From Acaryochloris marina S15 (lineage in GTDB: Bacteria > Cyanobacteriota > Cyanobacteriia > Thermosynechococcales > Thermosynechococcaceae), in assembly GCF_018336915.1 (NCBI RefSeq), contig NZ_CP064923.1, positions 614,185 through 638,184 on the forward strand: a stretch of DNA of 24,000 bases, in the 5' to 3' direction. Below, one piece after another: positions 16,143 through 23,850 of the stretch. The notes beneath the pieces were generated by a model. The model saw only the letters and a program-made list of their open reading frames with translations, searched no databases and was not told the origin of the DNA. The position numbers and the translations under genes were made by a program. How positions within the stretch are numbered: the stretch's first letter is position 1; the number at the start of each line of letters is the position of its first letter.

Positions 16143-17057
16143 ATGTCTTTATTTGATTGGTTTGCAAATCGACGAAAATCTCATCCTGTGACCAAAGCAC
16201 AGCCAGAACGAGAGATTTCTGATGGCTTATGGTCGAAGTGTGAGTCGTGTGGTGCCCTGACTTACACCAAAGATTTACGGGCCAATCAAATGGTGTGCTT
16301 AGAATGTGGACATCATACTCGTGTCACTAGTGATGAGCGGATCTCACAGCTGATTGATGCGGAGACTTGGGTGGCAATGGACAATGACTTAGTCGCTTGT
16401 GATCCGCTTCAATTTCACGATCGCAAAGCCTATTGCGATCGCATTCTGGAATACCAGAGCAAAACAGGTCTACAAGATGCCGTCCAAACTGGCATAGGCG
16501 AACTCGACGGCCTACCCCTAGCCCTTGGCGTCATGGACTTCCGGTTTATGGGAGGAAGCATGGGATCTGTCGTGGGCGAGAAACTGACCCGCTTGATTGA
16601 GCATGCCACCCAGAATCGTCTGCCATTGGTGATTGTTTGCGCCTCAGGTGGCGCCCGGATGCAAGAAGGGATGCTTAGCCTAATGCAGATGGCTAAAACC
16701 TCTGCGGCCCTAGATCAGCACCGAACGAACCGCTTACTCTACATTCCATTGCTCACCCACCCCACAACCGGTGGCGTAACAGCTAGTTTTGCGATGCTTG
16801 GGGATATGATTTTGGCTGAGCCCAAAGCGACCATTGGCTTTGCAGGTCGCCGGGTCGTCGAACAGACTTTGCGAGAAAAGCTGCCAGACGACTTCCAGAC
16901 AGCAGAATATTTGCTTAGTCATGGGTTTGTGGATGCCATTGTTCCTAGGCCGGAGTTAAAAGGAACCTTAGCCCGGCTGATTCGAATTCATGCTCAAATG
17001 CCGATGGCCTCAGATATTTCACCCGCAGCGGTTCCAGTTGCTGCTGCCATTGAATAG
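16143..17057 (+). CDS. accD: Acetyl-CoA carboxylase carboxyltransferase beta subunit
   Basis: 304 aa. N-terminal Zn-ribbon is [25 protein letters not shown]. Carboxyltransferase core has [15 protein letters not shown] and SGGARMQEG. Confidence 0.95.
   Translation: MSLFDWFANRRKSHPVTKAQPEREISDGLWSKCESCGALTYTKDLRANQMVCLECGHHTRVTSDERISQLIDAETWVAMDNDLVACDPLQFHDRKAYCDRILEYQSKTGLQDAVQTGIGELDGLPLALGVMDFRFMGGSMGSVVGEKLTRLIEHATQNRLPLVIVCASGGARMQEGMLSLMQMAKTSAALDQHRTNRLLYIPLLTHPTTGGVTASFAMLGDMILAEPKATIGFAGRRVVEQTLREKLPDDFQTAEYLLSHGFVDAIVPRPELKGTLARLIRIHAQMPMASDISPAAVPVAAAIE
16435..16442. repeat. HIP1 octamer GCGATCGC
   Basis: Exact match read from the sequence. Confidence 0.95.
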
Positions 17058-17186
17058 AGGGTAGTGGCCTAAACCTTGCTCCCCTTCCATTCCAGATTTG
17101 ACCAATTTATAGAATCTGGATTTGGGAAAGGGACGCCTCAATGGCATGATATTAGATGGGTCAACCTTAATAAAATCAGTACGTTA

Positions 17187-17372
17187 ATGATTATGGGGTT
17201 TGCAGACCTATCGATCTCAGAAATAGCAGAGGACTATCATCTCTCTATTGAAGAGGTTTGTACATTATGCGATCGTCTGGGTGTTGCTTATAAAGCGCCC
17301 GACACCCGTTTAGCCCTGGAGGATGTCAAAGCACTTATTTTAGAAATTTTGGCTAACAAAGAAAACACCTAA
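17187..17372 (+). CDS. Small conserved-looking hypothetical protein (about 60 aa, helix-turn-helix-like, resembles the IF2 N-terminal motif)
   Basis: The likely real product starts at ATG 17187 or 17193: M(IM)GFADLSISEIAEDYHLSIEEVCTLCDRLGVAYKAPDTRLALEDVKALILEIL. The 37 residues the track adds from TTG 17076 look non-coding. Confidence 0.45.
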   Translation: MIMGFADLSISEIAEDYHLSIEEVCTLCDRLGVAYKAPDTRLALEDVKALILEILANKENT

Positions 17373-17580
17373 GGTCAAGCCAATAGGTCATGACTCGGGT
17401 TTTAATTCAATTAAGCCTAAAACTCTTTTACTGCTTTATTCATGCCTTTTCCTCTTCTCATTTCTGCGGACTCCATCACTGTCACCAGCAACGGGCAGGT
17501 TTAGATAGAGTACCCGGTTCTGTAGAGTGGATTTAACTGTGTTGAGAGCCTGATAATTAAACGAAATTGAAAGGAGAACT

Positions 17581-18069
17581 ATGCTGAAAAGATACATGTT
17601 GCTGGCGGTGGCTACAGTATTTTTTGCTTTTCAAGCATTCACCAGTACTGCAACTGCTGCTGAATTAGATGATGCGACTCGAACAGTTGCGTTAAATGAG
17701 GGGAGTACCGTTACTCTATCCACGCAGCAAGCGAAAGAGGGCCAGCGCTTATTCAACTTTGCCTGTGCAAACTGCCATATTGGTGGAGATACCAAAACTA
17801 ATCCCAGCATCAACCTGTCCGCCTCTAGTTTGGCTGGCGCCAATCCCAGACGTGACAACGTTGAAAGTCTTGTGGATTACATGAACGAGCCCACTACTTA
17901 CGATGGTTTTGACACCATTTCTGAAGTGCATCCTAGTACTCAAAGTACTGATGTTTTCCCTCTAATGAGAAACCTGTCTGATGACGACCTATTCGACATT
18001 GCAGGTCATATTCTCATTCAGCCTTCAGTGATTGGCGATCAGTGGGGTGGCGGTAAAGCTAACCGCTAA
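17581..18069 (+). CDS. psbV: Photosystem II extrinsic cytochrome c550
   Basis: 162 aa. Signal peptide ends TATA/AELDD. Haem motif is CANCH; distal His lies in ISEVHPS. PTTYDG and AGHILIQP...GDQWGGGK are typical of PsbV. AAGGAG sits 5 nt upstream of the ATG. Confidence 0.95.
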   Translation: MLKRYMLLAVATVFFAFQAFTSTATAAELDDATRTVALNEGSTVTLSTQQAKEGQRLFNFACANCHIGGDTKTNPSINLSASSLAGANPRRDNVESLVDYMNEPTTYDGFDTISEVHPSTQSTDVFPLMRNLSDDDLFDIAGHILIQPSVIGDQWGGGKANR

Positions 18070-18139
18070 GTGTCCATTGGTTGTTGACCAGTATGAACGA
18101 CGTTATCTTTATAAAGTTCATATTTAAGGCGCGCATCAA

Positions 18140-18655
18140 ATGCTGAAATCGTGGCTCAAATGTTGTTTTCTTGCCGTTCTTTGGGTTTGTTTGGGAAGTC
18201 TCCCAAACAGTTCAATAGCCCAAGCTGGAGATATTGACGATTATATTGTTCGGTATCTTAAGGTGACAGAACCCGTTCCTATTGCAATAGATGCTTCGGG
18301 AGAGACTCAGTTGTTTTCTCCCGAAGAGCTGTCAGATGGGAAACGGTTGTTTGACGATAACTGTAAGAATTGCCATGTAGGTGGGGCGACGTTGCCAAAT
18401 CCCGTGCAATCTTTGTCAATGAAGAATTTGCAAGGGGCAACCCCTTCTCGGGATAACGTTGCCAATCTCATTGAATTCCAACGAGAGCCAACTATTTACG
18501 ATGGTAGCGATGTTAGCTTTTGGTGCCGCCAGGTCCCTGATACTTGGTTGCCCGATCAAGAACTGGCAAATCTGGAAGCCTTTATTCTCAGAGCTGCTGA
18601 AGTAGCTAGGGGTTGGGGCACTGAAGATGTTGCTGATGGCATAGATTTTACTTAA
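18140..18655 (+). CDS. psbV2: Cytochrome c550-like protein, PsbV2 type
   Basis: 171 aa. It has a signal peptide, haem motif CKNCH and PTIYDG. At the position of the PsbV distal His (EVHPS) it reads SFWCRQV, a Cys, consistent with the His/Cys-ligated PsbV2 described in Thermosynechococcus. Its position directly after psbV also matches. Confidence 0.75.
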   Translation: MLKSWLKCCFLAVLWVCLGSLPNSSIAQAGDIDDYIVRYLKVTEPVPIAIDASGETQLFSPEELSDGKRLFDDNCKNCHVGGATLPNPVQSLSMKNLQGATPSRDNVANLIEFQREPTIYDGSDVSFWCRQVPDTWLPDQELANLEAFILRAAEVARGWGTEDVADGIDFT

Positions 18656-18897
18656 GGTTATTATCCTTAAACTGCCCTGATTCAGTTGATTAGAGCAACG
18701 TCGATGCCTTTAAGGTAACCTCTGTAATCCTACGAACTCTAAGTTTAGGGTTCTAAAGTTGCAGAGACGATCCTAAAATAGTTATGCGAGTTTATCGCAT
18801 TTGCCATAACTAAGCACCGTATATATTCATCATTTGGTGTCTGGCGTTAATAAATTTGGCAGCACAGCTGTCAATATGAATTGAGAGGAGAAACACA

Positions 18898-19227
18898 TTG
18901 AAAAAACTTCTATCTATTGCTTTGACTGCACTTGCTGTCCTAGCTTTTGCAATCAGCAGCCCTGTTTTAGCCGCTGATGCGGGTGCGGGTGCGGGTGTCT
19001 TTAATGCTAACTGTGCTGCTTGCCATGCAGGCGGCAACAATGTTGTCCAAGCAGATAAAACTCTGAAAGCAGATGCTTTATCTGCTAATGGCATGGACTC
19101 TGCTGATGCCATTATCAATCAGGTCACCAATGGTAAAGGTGGCATGCCTGCATTTGGTGCTAGCCTTTCCTCTGGCGATATCGAGAACGTTGCTGCATAC
19201 GTTTTAGATCAAGCTGATAAGTGGTAA
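18898..19227 (+). CDS. petJ: Cytochrome c6
   Basis: 109 aa from TTG 18898 (GAGAGGAG upstream). Signal peptide ends LA/ADAGAG. Matches to c6: [37 protein letters not shown]. Confidence 0.95.
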   Translation: MKKLLSIALTALAVLAFAISSPVLAADAGAGAGVFNANCAACHAGGNNVVQADKTLKADALSANGMDSADAIINQVTNGKGGMPAFGASLSSGDIENVAAYVLDQADKW

Positions 19228-19256
19228 GTCTACTGAAATAACTAGTTCATAGTTTT

Positions 19257-19290
19257 CCCCCTCTTTATTTAAAGAGGGGGTTTTGTTTTG
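19257..19290 (+). terminator. Rho-independent terminator of petJ
   Basis: CCCCCTCTTT-ATTT-AAAGAGGGGG is a perfect 10-bp stem (19257-19280) followed by TTTTGTTTTG. It lies 30 nt after the petJ stop. Confidence 0.85.
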
Positions 19291-19378
19291 TTGGACTATT
19301 CCTAGCTTCCGATCTGTTGCTCACCATAGTTGGGTGGGTTTATGTCATCTTGTACCTAGTACCTGTCGAGGTTTCCCC

Positions 19379-20278
19379 ATGCGCCGACCCCGTCCGTCTT
19401 ATTTGTGGTCTTTAGGATTAGGACTGTTTTTGGCCTGTGCACTCCCTACGATTGGCTGGCAAGTCATCAGTGCTTCATCGGCGGTTAGTGTTGAGCAAAA
19501 GACTCTTTTAGACCAGTTAGCCGATGCCCAAGTGGTCTATTTGGGGGAAACCCATAACAGTGTGGCTGACCACAAAGCTCAATTAGCGATTATCCGAGGG
19601 TTATTTGAACGAGAACCCAAACTTGCGATCGCCATGGAGATGTTTCAGCGTCCCTTTCAAGATCCCATCGATCGCTATCTGGCCGGAGAGATTACAGAGG
19701 CACAGTTGCAAAAAGAAACGGAGTATCGTCAACGCTGGGGATTTGACTGGGAATTCTACGCCCCCGTTTTGCGCTTTGCTAAACAGCATCAACTGCCGGT
19801 TATTGCTCTTAATACCCCTAGGGAGATCACCAAAAAAGTGGGTCGGCAAGGGTTGGAAAGCCTCACCTCAGAAGACTACACCTTTATCCCTCCTTTAGCA
19901 GAGATCGACGTTAGCAATACTGCTTATCGTCAAAAACTTAAGACCATTTATGAACAATTTCATCCCGGCCCTGCTTCTGAAGAAGGGTTTGAGCGCTTTT
20001 TTGCCGCGCAAGTTCTTTGGGATGAGACGATGGCTGAAAAAATAGCCCAGACTGTTCGCCAACAGCCTGATCGGATTGTCGTTGTCTTAGCCGGAAAAGG
20101 CCATATTGAGCAAGGCTATGGTATCCCCGATCGGGTGGCACGACGTCTCAGCCAGTCTTCTGGGAAAGACCAGCCGTTTCGCCAGTCTTCTGTTTATCTC
20201 AATCCTACGGATGATGCTCGTAAGATAGCGAATCCTCCCGCTGCTAATTATTTTTGGACTCAGCCTGGATCGGAATAA
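19379..20278 (+). CDS. ChaN-like (haem-binding uptake / Tiki superfamily, DUF399-type) exported protein
   Basis: 299 aa from ATG 19379. N-terminal signal/anchor is MRRPRPSYLWSLGLGLFLACALP. VVYLGETHNSVADH (GExH) and the VVLAGKGH pattern match my recollection of the ChaN family. The track start TTG 19283 lies inside the petJ terminator, so I reject it. Confidence 0.6.
   Translation: MRRPRPSYLWSLGLGLFLACALPTIGWQVISASSAVSVEQKTLLDQLADAQVVYLGETHNSVADHKAQLAIIRGLFEREPKLAIAMEMFQRPFQDPIDRYLAGEITEAQLQKETEYRQRWGFDWEFYAPVLRFAKQHQLPVIALNTPREITKKVGRQGLESLTSEDYTFIPPLAEIDVSNTAYRQKLKTIYEQFHPGPASEEGFERFFAAQVLWDETMAEKIAQTVRQQPDRIVVVLAGKGHIEQGYGIPDRVARRLSQSSGKDQPFRQSSVYLNPTDDARKIANPPAANYFWTQPGSE
19625..19632. 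repeat. HIP1 octamer GCGATCGC
   Basis: Exact match read from the sequence. Confidence 0.95.
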
Positions 20279-20294
20279 TCCAAGATCTCAACGT

Positions 20295-20566
20295 ATGATT
20301 CTAGAAGTTGCCATCCTCGATGTGATTTCAGGAAAAGAAGCTCAGGTTCAGTCAGACTTTCTCTCTGTCATGCCAGGCTATCTGGAGCATGAGCTGCAGT
20401 GTTGTCTTGAATAACAATCACGTTATTTGTGGTTAGCTCACTGGCAAACCTTAGACGATCATGGACAGGGCTTTGTCAATCTCCCTAGTATCAATGGTGG
20501 AAGACCACGCTACACCATCGCTAGGGTTCATTCCTGACTGTGGATTCTTATGCAGCTGCACTTTGA
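20295..20566 (+). pseudogene. Decayed antibiotic-biosynthesis-monooxygenase (ABM/Dabb fold) gene
   Basis: From ATG 20295 the frame reads MILEVAILDVISGKEAQVQSDFLSVMPGYLEHELQCCLE, then TAA (20412-20414), then QSRYLWLAHWQTLDDHGQGF. After an apparent 1-nt loss near 20475 the homologous frame reads QSP, TAG (20486-20488), YQWWKTTLHHR, TAG (20522-20524), GSFLTVDSY, ending at TGA 20564-20566. This follows the roughly 95-aa ABM pattern as I recall it (...PGY..H.L.RC.E...RY.LLV.W.TLEDH..GFR.SP.Y..W..LLHHFYDPFPTVEH). Confidence 0.6.
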
Positions 20567-20671
20567 TAAACACAGCTTTGATCAAAAGTGGCCCCCCAGG
20601 TCTGACCGAGAGCGATCGACATCCGGTCGTTTTGACGTCATCAACTCTTTCGTACCTCATAGGAGAACCCC

Positions 20672-21403
20672 ATGCTAGAAAAGAACAGCAAAATTGCCCT
20701 AGTGACGGGGGCGAACCGTGGACTGGGGTTAGAGGTCTGTCGACAATTGGCCCAGCAAGGTGTTAGCATCATCCTCACTGCTCGTGATCGCCAAAAGGGT
20801 GAACAAGCAGCGCAACAACTGCTGGAAGAAGGGCTTGAAGTGATTGTCAAGCCTTTAGATGTTTCAGATAATCAGAGTGTGGCCCAGTTAGTAAGCGAAC
20901 TAGAAAGCGATCTCCAGCACTTAGATATATTGATTAACAATGCAGGCATAAATTTTGACTTTCAGCAGCAAACTCTAGCGGCTGATTTGGATGATGTCCA
21001 GAATACTTTGAATACGAACCTGTTTGGAGCCTGGCGCATGACTCAGGCGTGCTTGCCGCTGCTGGAGAAGAGTCAGCATGGGCGGATTGTAAATGTTTCT
21101 AGTGGTGCGGGGTCGTTTGCCGGTCCCAGAGGTCTGCAGGAACAAAGCGGGGGATTGCCAGCTTATGGAATATCTAAGACGGCCTTGAATGCTCTAACTG
21201 TCAAGCTGAGTCGATCGCTGCTAGAGGCAGGTATTTTGGTGAATGCGGTATGTCCGAATTTTACTGCAACTTATCCCGGCACAGAAAAGATGGGTGCGAG
21301 ACCCGTTCCTGAGGGGGCATCTGGAATTGTTTGGGCTGCAATGTTACCGGATGATGGTCCTACAGGTGGATTTTTCCGAGATGGTCAACCACTCCCTTGG
21401 TAG
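20672..21403 (+). CDS. Short-chain dehydrogenase/reductase (SDR), carbonyl-reductase-like
   Basis: 243 aa. Cofactor motif is VTGANRGLG, followed by NNAG and the catalytic YGISK. AGGAGA lies 7 nt upstream of the ATG. Confidence 0.9.
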   Translation: MLEKNSKIALVTGANRGLGLEVCRQLAQQGVSIILTARDRQKGEQAAQQLLEEGLEVIVKPLDVSDNQSVAQLVSELESDLQHLDILINNAGINFDFQQQTLAADLDDVQNTLNTNLFGAWRMTQACLPLLEKSQHGRIVNVSSGAGSFAGPRGLQEQSGGLPAYGISKTALNALTVKLSRSLLEAGILVNAVCPNFTATYPGTEKMGARPVPEGASGIVWAAMLPDDGPTGGFFRDGQPLPW

Positions 21404-21532
21404 GGGCTATGTGACTGCAGATTAGGGAGTTGAGATGCGCTTGCCCCATCAATATGGTAAATCGCAAGATTCGCTTAATCATCAGCCTCAATGGGAATAC
21501 TAGGGATAGGTATGACCATCAATATTATTACT

Positions 21533-21946
21533 ATGAAAAAATCTATTTCATTTTTATTGCTGCTAACGGCAACTTGGTTTGGTGGCTTGGCGCTAAATGC
21601 TGAGGCCAGATCTACTTGTGCTGTTGGACAGAGAGGTGAAGTTTTATGGAAAGGGAAATGGTATCCAGCTCAGGTTCTTGATGCTAATGGTCGACAATGC
21701 TATATCACCTATGACGGCTATAGCAGTTCTTGGGATGAGTGGGTAGGCCCCAATCGTTTTCGTCCCTATGCTCCTGCCTCCTCTAATTCTGCCTATCGAG
21801 CGGGACAATCGGTACAGATTTTGTGGAAAGGAAAGTGGTACCCCGGAAAGGTTCTGGATGTCAGCGGTAACCGTTACTTTATTACTTACGATGGCTATAG
21901 CAGTTCTTGGAATGAGTGGGTTTCTCCCGCTCGACTGAGCCGATAA
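21533..21946 (+). CDS. Exported protein with two tandem Tudor/Agenet-like (SH3-type barrel) repeats
   Basis: 137 aa from ATG 21533. Signal peptide is MKKSISFLLLLTATWFGGLALNAEA. Two 59-aa repeats follow: EVLWKGKWYPAQVLDANGRQCYITYDGYSSSWDEWVGPNRFRP and VQILWKGKWYPGKVLDVSGNRYFITYDGYSSSWNEWVSPARLS. The fold assignment is pattern-based only. Confidence 0.65.
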   Translation: MKKSISFLLLLTATWFGGLALNAEARSTCAVGQRGEVLWKGKWYPAQVLDANGRQCYITYDGYSSSWDEWVGPNRFRPYAPASSNSAYRAGQSVQILWKGKWYPGKVLDVSGNRYFITYDGYSSSWNEWVSPARLSR

Positions 21947-21965
21947 GCATTGACACTATTGCTGT

Positions 21966-23057
21966 TCATAGATTTGCTGCAATAGCCAGACAGTCATGGA
22001 ATAGCGCGTCGGTTTTAAAGGCTTGAGGATTAATGTGGGTGAGGCTAGCCTGATAGCCTTGCCCTTGGAGTTGTGCAATCATGCGATCGCGTTTTGGTAT
22101 ATCCATTTTTCCTCGCCGTCCAATGTCTGCAACGGAGTAGAAATAAGGCGGCATTAGTGCTTCTGCTTGCATAATCTGTAGGAGTTGAACCCGGTCTGAC
22201 CAACCCCAATCTTCAGCTAGTTGCTCCATAGATGCTACCCAAGTTGGATCATGTAATGGCCCTAACCACATGGGACCGCTAAGGGTTAAGGGTGGGCCTT
22301 GGTTTGGGCAGGTGGCTCGACTGAGCTTTTCCCAAGAGACCGTTTGATAGTGACCGCAGTGGTGACAATAGCCGATAAATCCCAGACCATTCTGAGGTTG
22401 GGGGGAGGTTACCTGGACGAGCACTCGATAGATTTGACCTTGAAAGTACGAGAAAATGGGCTGAATATCCCGTCCTAGGGCTTGGGCTTGTTGCCAGCAA
22501 ATGCCTAATAATAGCCGTAGTCCTTGCTCATGGGCAGCAGGATGAGATCGCACCCATGCTCCCAGTAATCGTTGACTATGTTTGGGATTATGTCCGGCTA
22601 AGGTGCGGCTATCGGTGCCCGTGATGTAAAGTAATCCGCCTAATTTGACGGTTTGCAGACAGCCTTGCAGGAAAGGGGTGGGCAAGCCAAAACTATCCAA
22701 GTCGATAAAATCAAAACTCTCGTGATGGTGGCACTCATGGAATAGCTGTGCTGCTGAGTGATACGAAAGCTGATACCGCTCCGGGGGCAGTTGGCTCAAG
22801 TTATCGGTTAGAACCTTTGCCATGTCAGGATTGGCATCGTTGGCCCAGATCCAATCTGCATTACTTTCCAGGGTATAGCGTTGCGATCGCACCCCGCATC
22901 CAGTCATGACATCTAATAGGCGGAGGTGGCCTATCTGTTGGCGATAGACAGCGGCTGCTAATATGCCTAAATCCCGGGCGGGGCGACTGCTCGGGCGAAA
23001 AAATGCTGGCCCCACGCTAAATAGAGCTTTGCCTTCAAGGTTTGGGCTCTTTAACAC
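21966..23057 (-). CDS. trm1: tRNA (guanine-N2)-dimethyltransferase, Trm1 family
   Basis: 363 aa from GTG 23057. Motifs: FFRPSSRPARDLG (FYNP...RD equivalent), SAM motif LLDVMTGCGVRSQRY, WANDANPD, FIDLDSFGLPTPFL and GGLLYITGTDSRTLAGH. There is also a Cys cluster, CHHCGH...CPNQG. Confidence 0.85.
   Translation of the reverse strand: MLKSPNLEGKALFSVGPAFFRPSSRPARDLGILAAAVYRQQIGHLRLLDVMTGCGVRSQRYTLESNADWIWANDANPDMAKVLTDNLSQLPPERYQLSYHSAAQLFHECHHHESFDFIDLDSFGLPTPFLQGCLQTVKLGGLLYITGTDSRTLAGHNPKHSQRLLGAWVRSHPAAHEQGLRLLLGICWQQAQALGRDIQPIFSYFQGQIYRVLVQVTSPQPQNGLGFIGYCHHCGHYQTVSWEKLSRATCPNQGPPLTLSGPMWLGPLHDPTWVASMEQLAEDWGWSDRVQLLQIMQAEALMPPYFYSVADIGRRGKMDIPKRDRMIAQLQGQGYQASLTHINPQAFKTDALFHDCLAIAANL
22083..22090. 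repeat. HIP1 octamer GCGATCGC
   Basis: Exact match read from the sequence. Confidence 0.95.
22883..22890. repeat. HIP1 octamer GCGATCGC
   Basis: Exact match read from the sequence. Confidence 0.95.
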
Positions 23058-23335
23058 AACTCGGTAATGAGTTGTGTCACCGATTCTTGGGTGAGGGTCG
23101 TGACGATAAAGACTTCTTGTACCGTTTTGCCTGAGCGGGCCAGAACTTTAAATCCGCCCCGAATGGGGACTGAAATTCGAAGTTTTAAGTGGGGAGTATG
23201 GCCCTTTACCCGGCTAATCACACCAGGCGTAACGGTTTTAATGCCTGGATAGTGAATCAATTTTCCTAAAATCGCGAGTAAGCCGGGAATATGGGTGGAG
23301 TGGTTGAGCACTAATCGGCCTTTACTCGCAGACAT
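23051..23335 (-). CDS. Small conserved hypothetical protein (resembles the DUF2103 family from memory; unverified)
   Basis: 94 aa. It is wedged between clpS (3-nt gap) and trm1 (7-nt overlap, GTGTTAA), a tight packing that argues for a real gene. The sequence STHIPGL...VTPGVISR...LKLRISVPIRGGFKVLARSGKTVQEVFIVT has no catalytic motif I can name. Confidence 0.55.
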   Translation of the reverse strand: MSASKGRLVLNHSTHIPGLLAILGKLIHYPGIKTVTPGVISRVKGHTPHLKLRISVPIRGGFKVLARSGKTVQEVFIVTTLTQESVTQLITELC

Positions 23336-23338
23336 ACT

Positions 23339-23683
23339 TCAGTCGGCCTCCAATGGTGCCATGGTTAAGCCCGCTCGCTGGAGCTGCATATGGTAGAGTT
23401 CTGCTTGTTCTTGAGGGCCCACCCAAACGATGGCCTGTCCTTCGAAATGAATTTGATTGGTTAATTCCCAAGCCTTATCAGACGTCATATGGGGAACATA
23501 GGTCATTAATGTCTTGGCTACGTGCTCAAATGTATTGACATCATCATTGACCACAATCACCTTGAAATTCGGATAGGGTTTCCGAACCGTCTTTTGTGCC
23601 TGTTTGTCTTCAGGGCGGGTAACAGGCGTTTGCACTGCGGTTATCGCCATGCATGGACTATCTAGCTCAGAAAGCTTAAGCAT
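23339..23683 (-). CDS. clpS: ATP-dependent Clp protease adaptor ClpS
   Basis: 114 aa. The core FKVIVVNDDVNTFEHVAKTLMTYVP...AWELTNQIHFEGQAIVWVGPQEQAELYHMQL is typical of ClpS. An alternative start is ATG 23650. Confidence 0.9.
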   Translation of the reverse strand: MLKLSELDSPCMAITAVQTPVTRPEDKQAQKTVRKPYPNFKVIVVNDDVNTFEHVAKTLMTYVPHMTSDKAWELTNQIHFEGQAIVWVGPQEQAELYHMQLQRAGLTMAPLEAD

Positions 23684-23850
23684 GAGCTTAATTATTAAAG
23701 GTAAGGAATTAATTAGTTTACATTAGTTTAGCTTGTTGATATTAAGTTGCCTATGCCCAATTTCCTAAGCCGCTATATCTCTAGCCTAAACCGAATATTC
23801 TTAAGGAGTAGGTCTGTTTTTTCGACTACTCTGTTGACAACTTGACGCCC

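Noticed and set aside
15919-16200. 93-aa minus-strand ORF overlapping the accD start
   Set aside because: It overlaps 58 nt of accD and I recognise no motif or ribosome-binding site. It is probably a chance ORF.
18810-19118. 102-aa minus-strand ORF
   Set aside because: It is antisense to the unambiguous cytochrome c6 gene. Its Ala-rich composition mirrors the petJ signal peptide and haem region.
19283-19378. TTG-initiated 5' extension of the ChaN-like ORF
   Set aside because: The extension begins inside the petJ terminator T-tract. The ATG at 19379 gives a normal signal-peptide N-terminus.
20451-20766. 69-aa (-) and 101-aa (+) ORFs between the ChaN-like gene and the SDR gene
   Set aside because: They overlap the decayed ABM gene remnant and run into the SDR start. 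They are best explained as frames opened by pseudogene decay.
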